Positions 32,601-43,078 of a stretch of 64,000 nt of DNA are shown here, in pieces. The position numbers were made by a program, and so were the translations under genes. The notes below the pieces were generated by a model. The model was not told the DNA's origin. It saw only the letters and a program-made list of their open reading frames with translations, and did not search any database. Source of the stretch: Cyanidioschyzon merolae. Its lineage: Eukaryota. The stretch lies in the NCBI GenBank assembly GCA_000091205.1, contig AP006493.2. One strand, written 5' to 3'. Numbering within the stretch: position 1 is the stretch's first letter; the number at the start of each line of letters is the position of its first letter.

Positions 32601-33629
32601 TGCAAGCCCTGCCCAAAAGGGACTTTTAATCAATACGAGGCGCATACGAAGTGTGAGCCTGCTCCCAAGGGAGGCTACGTGAGCACTGACGGATCCACGA
32701 AATATGAAGTGTGCTCGCCTGGGATGTATTCAGATTCCTCGGGTGCTTTTGTCTGCGAGCCGTGTCCGAACGGGTATATGAGCGCCAACAGCTCCGCAAC
32801 TTCTTGCGTCAAATGCCCCGCAAACACGTATTCAGCGAACAGAACCGGTTCAACGGCGTGCAAACCGTGCCCAACTTTGGCGTACTTTGAGAGTGTCGTC
32901 GTGCCTCAGTACCGCGTCTGCAGTCCGAATGCGGCATCCGTTTTCGCAATCATTGCCGTTATTCTTGCTGGAATCCTACTTGCCATGCTCGTTTGGTACC
33001 TTGCTCGCCGCTACAGAGCGTACAGAGGGACAAAGCCTAACAAACGGGAACAAGATGTTGCTTCATCTGCTCCGCGCTCCGCGGAGGTGACCCACCGCCG
33101 CAAGTCGCGATCAGTATTGCGCCGTGGTAGCGATGACGGAGAAGTGCACCCAATGGACACCGTTTCAACGTTTGCAGCAATTCCCGTGTCAAGAGACGAA
33201 TTGGAAAGCAAATTCAGGACGCATCGCTCCTTTTCCGAGGCGATAGAGCCGGTCACGCCGGATCAACCGCAGCGCCGAATATCAAGATACAGTCGCTCGG
33301 TTTCAGCTTCGAGATTCGGAATCCTTCTGGCATCCACTGCAGCATCTGGAGAGGGACGCTCCCAAAGTCTCACCCGGAAACGTCTATCATTCGCTACAGA
33401 GCAAGCGGCACGGGAGAGTGCCCACGGAGACGATGCAGCTTCCGACACGGACGATATTGTCCCGCTGCCGGGCAGCACACCCCAGCACCTGGCAGGAAAT
33501 ACTCCGCGAAAGCAGATTACGTTCGCAACTCCACAAAAAGAGCCAAAGTGGATTAGGGTCAGGACGGAGGAAGGTGCATATTACTTGCTGAATCGCCTGA
33601 ACGGAGAAATGTACGCGATCGGACCCTGA
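29643..33629 (+). CDS. Large type-I receptor-like surface protein: signal peptide, plant-type LRRs, ~25 ephrin-receptor/TNFR-like Cys repeats (CxxCxxGxY), TM helix, ~210-aa cytoplasmic tail
   Basis: LRRs 'LSYNPDLRTVIPTWISNFTNLVEL', 'NDLSGTIPDCIGELKYLHDL', 'NNFSGTLPDSIVYMKNLQIL'. Repeats 'CKACAPGTYAASNGSTSCQACAAGSYAG...'. TM 'VFAIIAVILAGILLAMLVWYL'. The start codon is ATG. Confidence 0.75.
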   Translation: MICFSLFRIVSKLSLAALLWLVLHFLQKEILGTSPAVQMNVVPEVARASGNTSPLFLFYEECGGANWTLNRFCSSNCWTSNSSPCGSSDDWIFVDCTSAGQVSGLHLEHENIYCGGIPEELASLGYLSTLDLSYNPDLRTVIPTWISNFTNLVELKFEDSGFYGEVPDSICMLRSLSSLKGRENDLSGTIPDCIGELKYLHDLSFASNEMSGQIPDSIGNCSNLYFLDLSNNNFSGTLPDSIVYMKNLQILDLSYNSLEGTLPELFGFSELQLLLLGHNNFSGTIPELPPNLVAVDFSSNNFSGQVPILPSTVTSANFTGNHFSCPIPLGSIYDTASCICPAGWAGNRTTCKQCSPGTIAPTDGSSVCMACPNGTFANASTSFRFCGTCPAGSFAVSPAGNCSICPKGTYQQSRGSSQCNTCAPGYFTDELGASSCKICLAGSYAELAGSTECKACAPGTYAASNGSTSCQACAAGSYAGNYSSATCQICPAGSYAELAGSTECKACAPGTYAASNGSTSCQACAAGSYAGNYNSTACEICPAGSYAELAGSTECKACAPGTYAASNGSTSCQTCKAGSYAGNYNSTACEICPAGSYAELAGSTECKACAPGTYAASNGSTSCQACAAGSYAGNYSSATCQICPAGTYAASEGSSSCEPCPPGSSGNSIGSKSCSLCPAGSFAASNGSTMCQKCPAGYFSDTPGAAACKPCPLGVFASSEGSRACSLCPAGQYAPVNGSVFCLNCPPGSFSNHSGASTCYQCGAGYFSDTRGSTSCKLCPLGTFSAGQGQTSCEACPPGFYTNQTGSTSCSSCAPGHYQPSTGAGGCLPCPAGTRAGASGAPRCDACPSGTFSNVTGAAVCIECPAGWYSQGNSTKCIACDTGSYAQFNASGSCTEAPPGSFVNSTGAAYFQYCPPGTFSNRSGASKCEPCETGTFVTYLGATSCTACRAGYSAPANGSVNCTVCPAGTFAYTAPDAAGLGRGASTCKPCPKGTFNQYEAHTKCEPAPKGGYVSTDGSTKYEVCSPGMYSDSSGAFVCEPCPNGYMSANSSATSCVKCPANTYSANRTGSTACKPCPTLAYFESVVVPQYRVCSPNAASVFAIIAVILAGILLAMLVWYLARRYRAYRGTKPNKREQDVASSAPRSAEVTHRRKSRSVLRRGSDDGEVHPMDTVSTFAAIPVSRDELESKFRTHRSFSEAIEPVTPDQPQRRISRYSRSVSASRFGILLASTAASGEGRSQSLTRKRLSFATEQAARESAHGDDAASDTDDIVPLPGSTPQHLAGNTPRKQITFATPQKEPKWIRVRTEEGAYYLLNRLNGEMYAIGP
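30949..31560 (+). repeat. Four tandem 153-bp (51-codon) near-identical units inside the receptor-like CDS
   Basis: Units begin at ~30949, 31102, 31255 and 31408. Each encodes 'C(K/Q/E)IC(L/P)AGSYAELAGSTECKACAPGTYAASNGSTSCQ(A/T)C(A/K)AGSYAGNY(S/N)S(A/T)(T/A)' at ~97% nt identity. Confidence 0.9.
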
Positions 33630-33675
33630 TTCATGGAGCATGGCGCATCGCTTAAAGTCGGATGCCATTGGCAGA

Positions 33676-34848
33676 CTATCCCCCGGCAGGATTCGGGAAC
33701 GCCGCCCGCGGAGTGCCTTCATCTATGTCTGATTTCGGCGTGTACGCTTCTGTTGAGGCAGCACCGGAGCTCGTTCGCACGGCGTCGGCTGCAAAAGGGT
33801 GCATGCTCATGATGAGAAGGTCCAGCTCCGCCAAACCGTGTATCCTTTGAGCGTGGAATAGCAGATTAGCCTTTTGTGCGAAAGGACGGCCGCAATCCAA
33901 AACCGGGCAACGGAAGCGTATTTCCCTCAGATGCACGGCTCTGTAGTGCGTGTTTGCGTTTCCTTTCTGAGAGAATCTTCTACCACAGCCCGGATACGGG
34001 CAGCCGAATGGCTTTTCTCGCTCGTGAACTGTTCTTATGTGAACCTGCAAATTCCCACTCAGGGTAAAACGCCGCCCGCAGCCCGAAAAAGGACACACGT
34101 GCTTTCCAAACTGGCCCCGCTGCGCACCGGGTGGCAAATTCGAGCACCTTCGTTTGCGGCGAGGCTGCAGGGAAGTCCCCGAGTGATAACGCTGATCCAA
34201 TGTTATTAGACGTGCGGCTTCTGAATCGATCCTGCCGAGCCACGTTCCGGTCGGAGCTGACCGTGGCGTTGCCGGAAAGCGACTCAGTGGCGAGCTTTCG
34301 GAGATGCTTGACATTACATTTCCACTGGATTCATCGCACTCGAGAGCAAACAGCTCCGCTCCCGAGACGGCCAGCGCATCGGTCGTTCGACTTGTCGATG
34401 GCGCACTGTGGGGAATGCTATCTTGTGAAGGCGAGTCTAATGTCGATGCGCCAGGTGCGGTGCACACCGAACTGATGTCCTCTGACGCGCATCGACTTAG
34501 AGGTCGACTCGTTTCAAAGGAGGGCGACCACAAGTTCGCGACCGGAAAGGCTGGAGCCGAAAGCGGCGCGCACGGGATCCCCGTCTCGTGTAGCAGAGCT
34601 TGGGTCCCGCTGGTCACGGAGACCGACAGCTCTCTCCAGGGAGGCCTCCTAGTGCTCTTTCCGACATTCGCTTGCCTAACTGTACCTTTCGGGGGTACAT
34701 TCTGTTCATGATCCTCAAGGAGATCAGCTATGTGCACGCGTAGATCGTGTTCTGAGAAAGCCGCGCGAAAGGGTTCCGCTCCAATGCCGCTCGCACTCGG
34801 CTGTTCAGAAGACGTTCCTCGAGCGTCGCTGGGCGTCACCGCTTCCAT
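33676..34848 (-). CDS. C2H2 zinc-finger protein (three C-terminal TFIIIA/YY1-type fingers)
   Basis: 'HVCPFSGCGRRFTLSGNLQVHIRTVHEREKPFGCPYPGCGRRFSQKGNANTHYRAVHLREIRFRCPVLDCGRPFAQKANLLFHAQRIH'. The track start at 34869 is GTG; the first ATG is at 34848. Confidence 0.7.
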   Translation of the reverse strand: MEAVTPSDARGTSSEQPSASGIGAEPFRAAFSEHDLRVHIADLLEDHEQNVPPKGTVRQANVGKSTRRPPWRELSVSVTSGTQALLHETGIPCAPLSAPAFPVANLWSPSFETSRPLSRCASEDISSVCTAPGASTLDSPSQDSIPHSAPSTSRTTDALAVSGAELFALECDESSGNVMSSISESSPLSRFPATPRSAPTGTWLGRIDSEAARLITLDQRYHSGTSLQPRRKRRCSNLPPGAQRGQFGKHVCPFSGCGRRFTLSGNLQVHIRTVHEREKPFGCPYPGCGRRFSQKGNANTHYRAVHLREIRFRCPVLDCGRPFAQKANLLFHAQRIHGLAELDLLIMSMHPFAADAVRTSSGAASTEAYTPKSDIDEGTPRAAFPNPAGG

Positions 34849-36109
34849 CCCCTGAGCTGTGTCACTCACTGAACAGGTGGCCCACGAAACGTGGAAGCGT
34901 TAAAAAGCAAAGATATCAACTAAACCAATGATAAACACAGAAAAGTCAAAGAAGACGCTTACAGCCCCTTCAAGCGGGACTGCCTCCGCGATTCAGAGCA
35001 CAGCAAGTCTCAAACCTGCTACGTCCTTCGAACCTTCCTTCTCGGGGCACCTCGTGCTTCTACCAACCCTCAACGGTCTTTTAAGACGCACGAAGCGCAC
35101 CAGGAGCTCGAATCTCTAACGAACAGAGCCCGAAAATGGATCTTTATCGTGTGTCTCTTTCAGGCGCCGCCTGCATCTGTGCGGGTTGTCATGTCGACCA
35201 GGCCGATTTCATGGCGGATGGCAGGGGCGCGGCTGCGAATCGAACGGAGGGCTGTGCGAAGCGCAGGCCCCGACCTATTTCTACGGCTGCGCATATGGAC
35301 ACGTGTCAGGGAAAACGATCTCCGCGCGTGCACTCCAATTCTGGCAGGCTGGTGCGTCACGGTCACATTGCTGCTCCACGCTCATGTCGATCGCGCTGCG
35401 TTCGCTGCTGCTTGACGTGACGCGGTATCGGTCGTGAGGGACAGATGGAGACGCAGAAGTAGGCACTGTGCACGAGATGCTCCACAGGTGCGGGACACGT
35501 TTAGATGTAACTCGAGACCCTAATTGGGAAATATATCAAACAAGAGATTGTGTGTCCCAAGTGCAAAGGCGCCCAAGACTCTCACGTTCGAGTGCGAGAT
35601 TTTCTCGTCGCTGAGAAACACTAGGTTTGCACCCAGAGGAGACGAGTAAAACTGTGTGCTTTGAGACGTGTAGCTTGGTTCCTGTGGAAGCCTTGTCTAT
35701 AAGACTTTGACATACGCATGCGACCGCGCCATTTTTCCCGGTCGTTGACTGACGAAGCTCGACAGTTCGACTTCCTTACCTGTAGAAAATTAACGACTCA
35801 CTCTGCACCTGCGCACTGCTGTACGTCATGGTTGCGCAGGCTGTACCGCGCATGAATACCAATTAAGCAAATAGGTAAGCTCGCTTCAACTATTACTGTA
35901 GTTGGAGGATGGCAACGGTTTCGATGAAAAGCAGAGCACAGGCCTGTGGGCTATGCCCTCGGGAGCTGTAGGACTTCGATCTGCAGCCGTGGAAAAGTAA
36001 AGCGGGGCACTGTGCTGCATGCTTTTGTTCATGTCTACTGATATTCTTTCCGAATTGTTTTCAGAGTTACTGCGTCGACATTCAAAGTGCAGCCGCAAGA
36101 GCACACGGC

Positions 36110-37250
36110 TCTGTACGGAGGTTTGCGATGATCCGGCGTCGTTTCGAGTCGCTCATTCAACTCGCTGTCGTTGGAACTCGTTCCGCCACCGGAATCACGA
36201 TGCTTTGCGACGCTCTCGAACGAAGATTCGTAAAATAACCGATCTGGTTATCCTGTTTGTACGCACAAGCCGTATCTTCACAGTTCCTTAATTGGAGCAT
36301 GCTCATATTACACGTTCTTCAAATTTTCAATCTTTCTAGTTAAAGGCAACTCGTGGGCGCAGCAATGCGATCCTCTGAATATACGAGGAAAACTACCAAT
36401 CGTCTTTGACGACTTTTTTACAAACTCACGCCAAAATTGCACTGAACAGCACATGAGAGATAATCGATGCCGCTCGAAACGCAAGGCGTTCTCTCTTTGT
36501 GGATATCAAAGAAACGGGATTCTACAGCTGCATGATGTCCCGAAAGGGATGTGCTCCTAGAGGTTCCGGTCTCTTTTGTTTCCATACAAAATCGTTCTCG
36601 ACCCGGACTTGAGTCATCGCAGCGATCGCTTCCAGTGGAGAGGGCGTCATCGCTTTGCAACATGATAGTATAGACCGATCGAAATTTCTCGGTTTGCTCT
36701 CCAGCCCGAGGGCTCTTTCCGATGCTTGTTCGATCGTGGACGAAATCGCACCCCATAAATACCATTTTGAATGGAACAGCACGCGCTTGCGCGTGCCACA
36801 GACAGCGTACATGTCGAAGAAATTGCCCAGTGGGACCCCGTGGTCTTGAGAAACGGTACGGGGCGTTGAAACGGAGAATGGCACCAGTGATAGCGTCCTG
36901 TGCCCGTCAAGGGTATGTACTGAGTAACGCAGTAGGCGTTCACGCGGCACAAGTCAGCTCTGGTAGGCGGAGGTATGATTGACATGTAGTAACACACGAC
37001 CACAACCAGGTGTCACAGCCGCGAAGGACACACCTACGCTGTACATAAAGACGATGAACCTGGCAAGGGAAGTGTAGATCCTAGCCTCCCTCTGTGCATG
37101 AAATGCGGAGATAACAGCCGGCAGCAGCGAAATCAGGACTCTAACGCCGCCGTCAACATACCGTGACTGCTGACAACGGAACTGGACGGACAGGAGAGAC
37201 CGACTAATTTCAGGCCGGTGCTTTCAGAGAGCGAAAAAAATTTGTCAAAG
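36110..37250 (-). repeat. R1-B: full-length copy of the R1 dispersed repeat family
   Basis: Collinear with R1-A, R1-C and R1-D. The overlapping small ORFs at 36418-37003 match R1-C ORFs in more than one frame, so conservation is at nucleotide level. Confidence 0.7.
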
Positions 37251-37980
37251 AACAAGCCCACAAATGCTGGTGTTCTTAACTGTGGAAAAAGATCCAAACT
37301 TTAGCTTGTACGCTCGTGTTAGAGTAAATGTTCCATTTTATTCTGACGTAGGTGTCGATGATCGACGAGCATCCGCTGAAAGTTCCACGATAGTGCAGAG
37401 CCTCGATCCGGTTGTAGTCCAGGGCGAAAGCATGTGGGGGCTCGGAATCCAATCAAAGACTTTGTGTCGTTACCACTGATGCGTGTTCCCATGGTGCACT
37501 GTAGGTGCGTCTTATCGGACTCCCAGGGATAGCTACCAGCTGTCGATAAGCAGCGGTAATACCATCGTGTACCCACGCACGCTCTAGAGAATCCCGTGCG
37601 CCTCTGATCCACATGCCAACAAAATTGCGAGAAAAAAGTGAACAATTTTCTACTGGTGCCAATAGCACTCAGAGATACGCGTCCAGCCATTCACCAGGAT
37701 AAGGTGCACAACGCGTTGCAGGGCGCTGTCGCGTTCCAGTTCCACGCTTGGAGCAGCCTCGAAGCACTGCGCCGCATTTGATGGCGCTTCGCGCGCCGAC
37801 TGGACGGTGCCGTTCCAACGCGCAGACGTTAGGGAGGGTCGCTCTCCGCCTCGACAAGCCGTACCCAGTAAACCTCTCGGGAGAGTTCCTTGTGCGAGAC
37901 AAAAGCTTACCTTACTCGAGATCCTTCGATTCGTACGCGGTAACCCGAGACGCTTCATAAGTGAAGTCTTGCTTTTCTCC

Positions 37981-39360
37981 ATGAACGGGTCAGGACCTGG
38001 GGTGCTCTCGGCAGCAGCGCAGGGAGCACAAGGCATCCGTTCGAGCACTGTTCACGTCATCGCGGCAACTGTTGGCATTGCTCGACTTCGTGAGGATGTG
38101 GCTGCCTACCTCGCAACAGACGCTGAGTATCGGCTACGTGAAATTATCCAAGAAGCAGGCAAGTTTATGCGGCACTCCAAGCGCAGGCGTTTAAAAACGT
38201 CAGACATAGCAGCGGCGCTGCGACTGCGAAACCTAGAGCCTCTCTATGGATTCAGCTCCAACGAGTCTGCACCTTTCGTTGGTGTGACACTGCCAGGAGA
38301 AAGTTCCCTGGGTGGAAGCAACACAGTCTACTTTGTAGGTGACGAGGAAGTAGACTTGCGAGATATCCTTGACGGTGAACTGCCGCGTGTACCTCTCGAG
38401 ACCACACTAGCGCTTCACTGGCTCGCAATTGAGGGCATACAGCCTAGAATTCCACAAAACCCTGCAGATGTTTCGAGTACGGCGCGACAGTCTTTGACCT
38501 ATATCCTTCGAGACACCGTGCACGATGAGCCAGGTCGAAACGCGTCGGATACCCCAGACACCGACACTGGGATGGTATCTTTTCGACCCAAAGTAAGGCA
38601 CGTTGTGTCGCGTGAACTGCAGCTGTATTACGAACTGGCTATTGAAGCATTGACTAGGAGCGCGCAGGAAACAGATGAAACGCTGCGGAATGCTTGCCTT
38701 GCCTCCATCGCGAGGGATCCTGGCTTGCAACAACTCGTGCCCTATTTTGTTGCCTTCCTATTCCACCATGTCTCGAACCATTGTCGCGATTTGCCACAGC
38801 TGCAGGTTTCCATGAAGCTGGCTCGGGCGCTCCTTGAGAATCGCTATGTGGGACTGGAACCATATTTGCATCAGCTGATGCCCTCCATCATTACTTGTAT
38901 TGTGGGTCGTTATCTGTGTCGCACTGCGGACGAGGATCATTGGACCTTACGGGAGAATGCTGCCTCGCTTCTCGCAGATGTTCACAAAATGTACGGTGGT
39001 ACCTACGAGAATCTGTTGCCTCGTATTGCAGAGACGCTGCGTCTTGCGTTAGTGGGTGAAGACAAAGCTCTTACTACACAGTACGGTGCTATTGTAGCAT
39101 TTCAGGAACTAGGTCCAGCTCTGGTAGAGGCACACATTGTGCCGCTTGCACCTAACTTGCTCGAAAGATGGGAGCGCAAGATCGAGCACGAGCTCGGTGA
39201 AGCGCCAATAAAATCAGCTGAGCTAGAGCTGGCAACGTCACCCAAGTGGTCAGAATTACGTCGTGTATATGCTGCTCTGGCAAAAGCGTTAGGCGTCGGA
39301 GCAGAAACCCTTGAGGCGAAGTATGGCAGCAAATATGCGCACTTCGTCATCCCTTCGTGA
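37981..39360 (+). CDS. TAF6: TAF6 (TFIID subunit 6): histone-fold N-terminus plus HEAT-repeat C-terminal domain
   Basis: 'VHVIAATVGIARLREDVAAYLATDAEYRLREIIQEAGKFMRHSKRRRLKTSDIAAALRLRNLEPLYGF' and 'DEDHWTLRENAASLLADV'. The ORF is open to GTG 37807; the first ATG is at 37981. Confidence 0.8.
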   Translation: MNGSGPGVLSAAAQGAQGIRSSTVHVIAATVGIARLREDVAAYLATDAEYRLREIIQEAGKFMRHSKRRRLKTSDIAAALRLRNLEPLYGFSSNESAPFVGVTLPGESSLGGSNTVYFVGDEEVDLRDILDGELPRVPLETTLALHWLAIEGIQPRIPQNPADVSSTARQSLTYILRDTVHDEPGRNASDTPDTDTGMVSFRPKVRHVVSRELQLYYELAIEALTRSAQETDETLRNACLASIARDPGLQQLVPYFVAFLFHHVSNHCRDLPQLQVSMKLARALLENRYVGLEPYLHQLMPSIITCIVGRYLCRTADEDHWTLRENAASLLADVHKMYGGTYENLLPRIAETLRLALVGEDKALTTQYGAIVAFQELGPALVEAHIVPLAPNLLERWERKIEHELGEAPIKSAELELATSPKWSELRRVYAALAKALGVGAETLEAKYGSKYAHFVIPS

Positions 39361-40325
39361 GCACGCTCAGCGCTGGCATGAGTAGCCAGATACGCAACAT
39401 CGCCAATGCGGAACGCTCGCTCCGCAGCCGCTTGCCGACGCTAGTGCTCGCTGGGGCGTGCTGCGAACCATGCAGAACACGTCCAGAGCAGTTGATTAGA
39501 TTCGAAGAGCTCACACTCAGAGCCATCGGCGCGCGTCGACCCGAATGGATGGATACTTGCTCTCGAAGCGCACAGAGCATACGAACGACGGGAAAAAATG
39601 TCTCGCACACGCTAGAACGCGGAAACGAAAACATCCACATTGCTGCGAGGTGAAGTCATGATCGAGATGCCACACAGAGGTTTCGGGTTGATAGATCCTA
39701 GGCGACTGCCGACACTGAAGAGCACCAGATCATCGATGGAAGAATCGACATGGACCGATGTTGTTTTGTGAAAGAATCCTCGTGAACGCCATCTTGTCAG
39801 GTGAATCAGTTGATCATCGATGTTTACCAATCATGTACAGCTCGCAGCGCCACTGCCGTCATTTGCATCATTGCAGTGCCGCTTGTGCGGTCGAATTGCA
39901 CAGCTTCAAAGTGCTTCGTTGACGCTCACGGTACCGCAGCATCTACGCAGCTTGCAGCCTGCGTTCATCCACGAATCTTGTTTCCTTGTCATATTTTGAA
40001 TGGCGTCTCGCAAGGCATAAGGCTGACGCGAACGACATGCCCCAGCACTGCTTACATTGTCGAGCCGAGGGGTCTCCCTGCCACCCTAGTCAGCGGGCAA
40101 TTCATGGCCCTGGGCTGCCGTGCGGCGCCCGTGGAAATCTCTCAAAGCATGACGCTGTTGACGTTTGTGCCTAAGATGCTTGTTCTAGTGTCCGTCCACG
40201 GGGGCAGATTAATCCAACTGCCTGCAACCGGCAGCGTGCGGGCATCGCCTGCAGGCCTTCCACGCCGGGCACTCTGCGCCTGCAACCGCACGCAGAGTAA
40301 TCTTCAGGGCAGTACAAGCAGCTGC

Positions 40326-40985
40326 TCACGAATATTGGGGAGAATAAAGCAACCTGCGCCCTGTACGATCCTCAAACGCGTACAGCACTCGCTCTACCGG
40401 ATCGGATGCGTCATGACCGGAATCCATGAGCACCGGCTCCGAGTAACGTCCGCTATCGGCCCGGCTCTGGAGCGCCGCCTCCAATAGCTCACATAAATGC
40501 AGCGCGAGAACTGCACCCTCAGCAGCATCCGCGTACGTGTCCCGAACCTCCAGATTGATGACATGCATGAGCTCGAAGTCTACAGGCTCTCGCTGCTGGC
40601 AGTCTTCGAGAATCGCTTCGAAGACGCGCTCTTCGAAGGACACCACCACATCAAAGTGCTGCCTCGACGCTTCCCGGTCCTGCCAACGCTCGGGGGCCGG
40701 CTTGACCGCCATATTCCGCTCAAGCATGGGTAGTACGGAGGCATTTCGAAAGTATTCCTCGTTCTGCGCACGGAGTTCCTCATATATTTCACGATATGGG
40801 ACACGAAAGTTGTACACAATCGGTTTGTCCGGCGCTGTTCCGGGAAGCTTCACGTTTGCACCAGTGCCGAAAGACCAAACATTAAAACCTCGCTTTTGAA
40901 GCAAGGCATGTGATTCCATTGACCTATTCATATTTGATGCGCATACCATCGCAAAACGCAGCGAAGGCCGCACCTCTCGATCCAT
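40326..40985 (-). CDS. SSU72: SSU72, RNA polymerase II CTD phosphatase
   Basis: 'LRFAMVCASNMNRSMESHALLQKRGFNVWSFGTGANVKLPGTAPDKPIVYNF' contains the CX5R P-loop 'VCASNMNRS'. The track start is TTG 41015; the ATG is at 40985. Confidence 0.85.
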   Translation of the reverse strand: MDREVRPSLRFAMVCASNMNRSMESHALLQKRGFNVWSFGTGANVKLPGTAPDKPIVYNFRVPYREIYEELRAQNEEYFRNASVLPMLERNMAVKPAPERWQDREASRQHFDVVVSFEERVFEAILEDCQQREPVDFELMHVINLEVRDTYADAAEGAVLALHLCELLEAALQSRADSGRYSEPVLMDSGHDASDPVERVLYAFEDRTGRRLLYSPQYS

Positions 40986-41716
40986 GTTACAGAAAGCGCT
41001 GTCTCGCCGCTCCAAGCGGCACTGTCATTGACTCGAAACCTCCTGCACCAAAGCCCTGTCTGAACCTCGACGCCAGTGACCGCTGCGTGCCCTCTCAGCG
41101 TTTCACCGTTGCAAGAAGGCACAGCGTTACGAACTCGCGGATCAGCGAACACAGACGCGCTGCCCTGTTCTGTCTTATAATATCGAGTCGATGCCCCACA
41201 AAGGAGCCTCCTTTCAATGGCGGCACAAAGAACTGATGACCACGAAGAGAGCACCGATTCCCTAGACACGCCCTGGACTTACGCGAGCTCAAGACAAGCC
41301 CTGTACGTTCTTTTGCGGTACCGGCGCTTCGTCGGCAGGCGCTAACCCCCAGCAACCTCGCCTTCGAATTCGCCTCACTGAACGCGTGCCCGCCGTGCCA
41401 CGCGTGCGACGGGCAACGCCCGGTGCAGCGTTTACTTGAACCTCGTGAGGCTCTTGAGAAGCGCTGCGAGTGCCATTTTGACGTTATTGTCGATTGCTGC
41501 TTAGCTGAGGATCGGGTCATACGTCAGGAGCAGCAAGGATTGGAGACCGTTGTCCCTACGACAGCATAGCGGCTGATAGTATCGAACAGCCACGGCAGAC
41601 AATCGTGAAGGGTGGCCTCAATTTGTGTGGAGCCCCGGGGTTACTCGGGGAAACGTTTGAACGACAAACGCGGGACGGTGAACCCGGGCCAACGCGAGGT
41701 CGTGCTCGCTTTCCGT

Positions 41717-43078
41717 ATGCCAGAGGAAACGAAGCCGGTGGAGAACCAGGTAGCGCCGACCACCGGCGAGTCTAGTTTTGCAGCTTTAGGTGTCTGTGCT
41801 GTGCTATGCGATGCCTGCCGTTTGTTGAACTATCGAGAGCCGACGCCTATCCAGCGAGAAGCGATTCCAGCTGCGCTCGCCGGGAAGGATATTGTTGGCC
41901 TCGCGCAAACCGGCTCTGGAAAGACGGCAGCGTTCGCAATACCTATCCTGCAGTTTCTGCTCGAGGATCCCCGTCCATACTTCGCTCTTGTCCTTTCACC
42001 TACGCGCGAGTTGGCGTTCCAAATTAGCGAACAGTTCCTCGCGCTCGGCAGCGAGATAGGGGTCCGAGTTGCGACCCTGGTAGGCGGCATGGACATGGTT
42101 GGTCAAGCAGTCACGTTGGCGAAGCGGCCTCATGTGGTTGTCGGTACCCCGGGTCGGGTAGTTGATCACTTGACTGCAACGAAAGGTTTCACATTGAAAC
42201 ATGTTCGAATTTTGGTGCTCGATGAGGCGGATCGACTCTTGAACATGGACTTTGAAGAGGAACTGGATCAGATCCTCGCCGCTGTGCCCCGCAGCGATGC
42301 TGACCCCTCCAAAGGCGAAACTTTTGCGCGCAAGACGTACCTTTTCTCAGCAACGATGACATCCCAGGTAGCAAAGCTGCAGCGAGCTTCCTTGCGATCG
42401 AAGGAAACCGTGCGGATCGAGGTATCGGCAAAGTACTCCACGGTTGAGACGCTTGTGCAACATTATCTCTTTATACCAGAAAAATACAAAGATTGTTATT
42501 TGACGTACCTATTCGAAGAACTTGTCGCAAGGCATAGTTGCATTGTATTTACGGACACGCAGAGCAGTGCACAGCGCCTGGCGCTGATGCTACGGAATCT
42601 GGGATACGGTGCGGTCTGCATCCACGGTGGTATGAGTCAGCCTAACCGCTTGGGCGCTCTGAATCAGTTCAAGTCCGGCGAAAAGCACATTCTTGTCGCA
42701 ACTGATGTTGCGTCTCGTGGTCTAGACATTCCGCTGGTAGACTTTGTGATTAATTACGATATCCCGCCACACGGCAAGGACTATATTCATCGCGTGGGGC
42801 GCACCGCACGCGCCGGGCGAACCGGCCGAGCGATCAGCCTTGTTTCTCAGTACGATGTAGAATTGTTTCAAAAGGTTGAGAAGCTGCTCGGTCGCCAGCT
42901 GGAAGCGCTCGCCGGCGTTCAACAGGAGCATGTGCTGCTGCTTCTGGATCGAGTGAGTGAGGCAGCACGGCTCGCAGTGCAAGAGATACGGGAAGAGAAA
43001 CTTGTTTTGCACGCTGCTGCTCGAAAGCGACGAATCCCTGCAGGTGCATCGGTTTCTCGACGACGTAGGCGCAGCTAA
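41717..43078 (+). CDS. RRP3: DEAD-box RNA helicase, DDX47/Rrp3-like
   Basis: Q-motif and motif I '[37 protein letters not shown]', 'PTRELAFQI', DEAD 'VLDEADRLL', 'SAT', '[13 protein letters not shown]'. The track start is GTG 41612; the ATG is at 41717. Confidence 0.85.
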   Translation: MPEETKPVENQVAPTTGESSFAALGVCAVLCDACRLLNYREPTPIQREAIPAALAGKDIVGLAQTGSGKTAAFAIPILQFLLEDPRPYFALVLSPTRELAFQISEQFLALGSEIGVRVATLVGGMDMVGQAVTLAKRPHVVVGTPGRVVDHLTATKGFTLKHVRILVLDEADRLLNMDFEEELDQILAAVPRSDADPSKGETFARKTYLFSATMTSQVAKLQRASLRSKETVRIEVSAKYSTVETLVQHYLFIPEKYKDCYLTYLFEELVARHSCIVFTDTQSSAQRLALMLRNLGYGAVCIHGGMSQPNRLGALNQFKSGEKHILVATDVASRGLDIPLVDFVINYDIPPHGKDYIHRVGRTARAGRTGRAISLVSQYDVELFQKVEKLLGRQLEALAGVQQEHVLLLLDRVSEAARLAVQEIREEKLVLHAAARKRRIPAGASVSRRRRRS

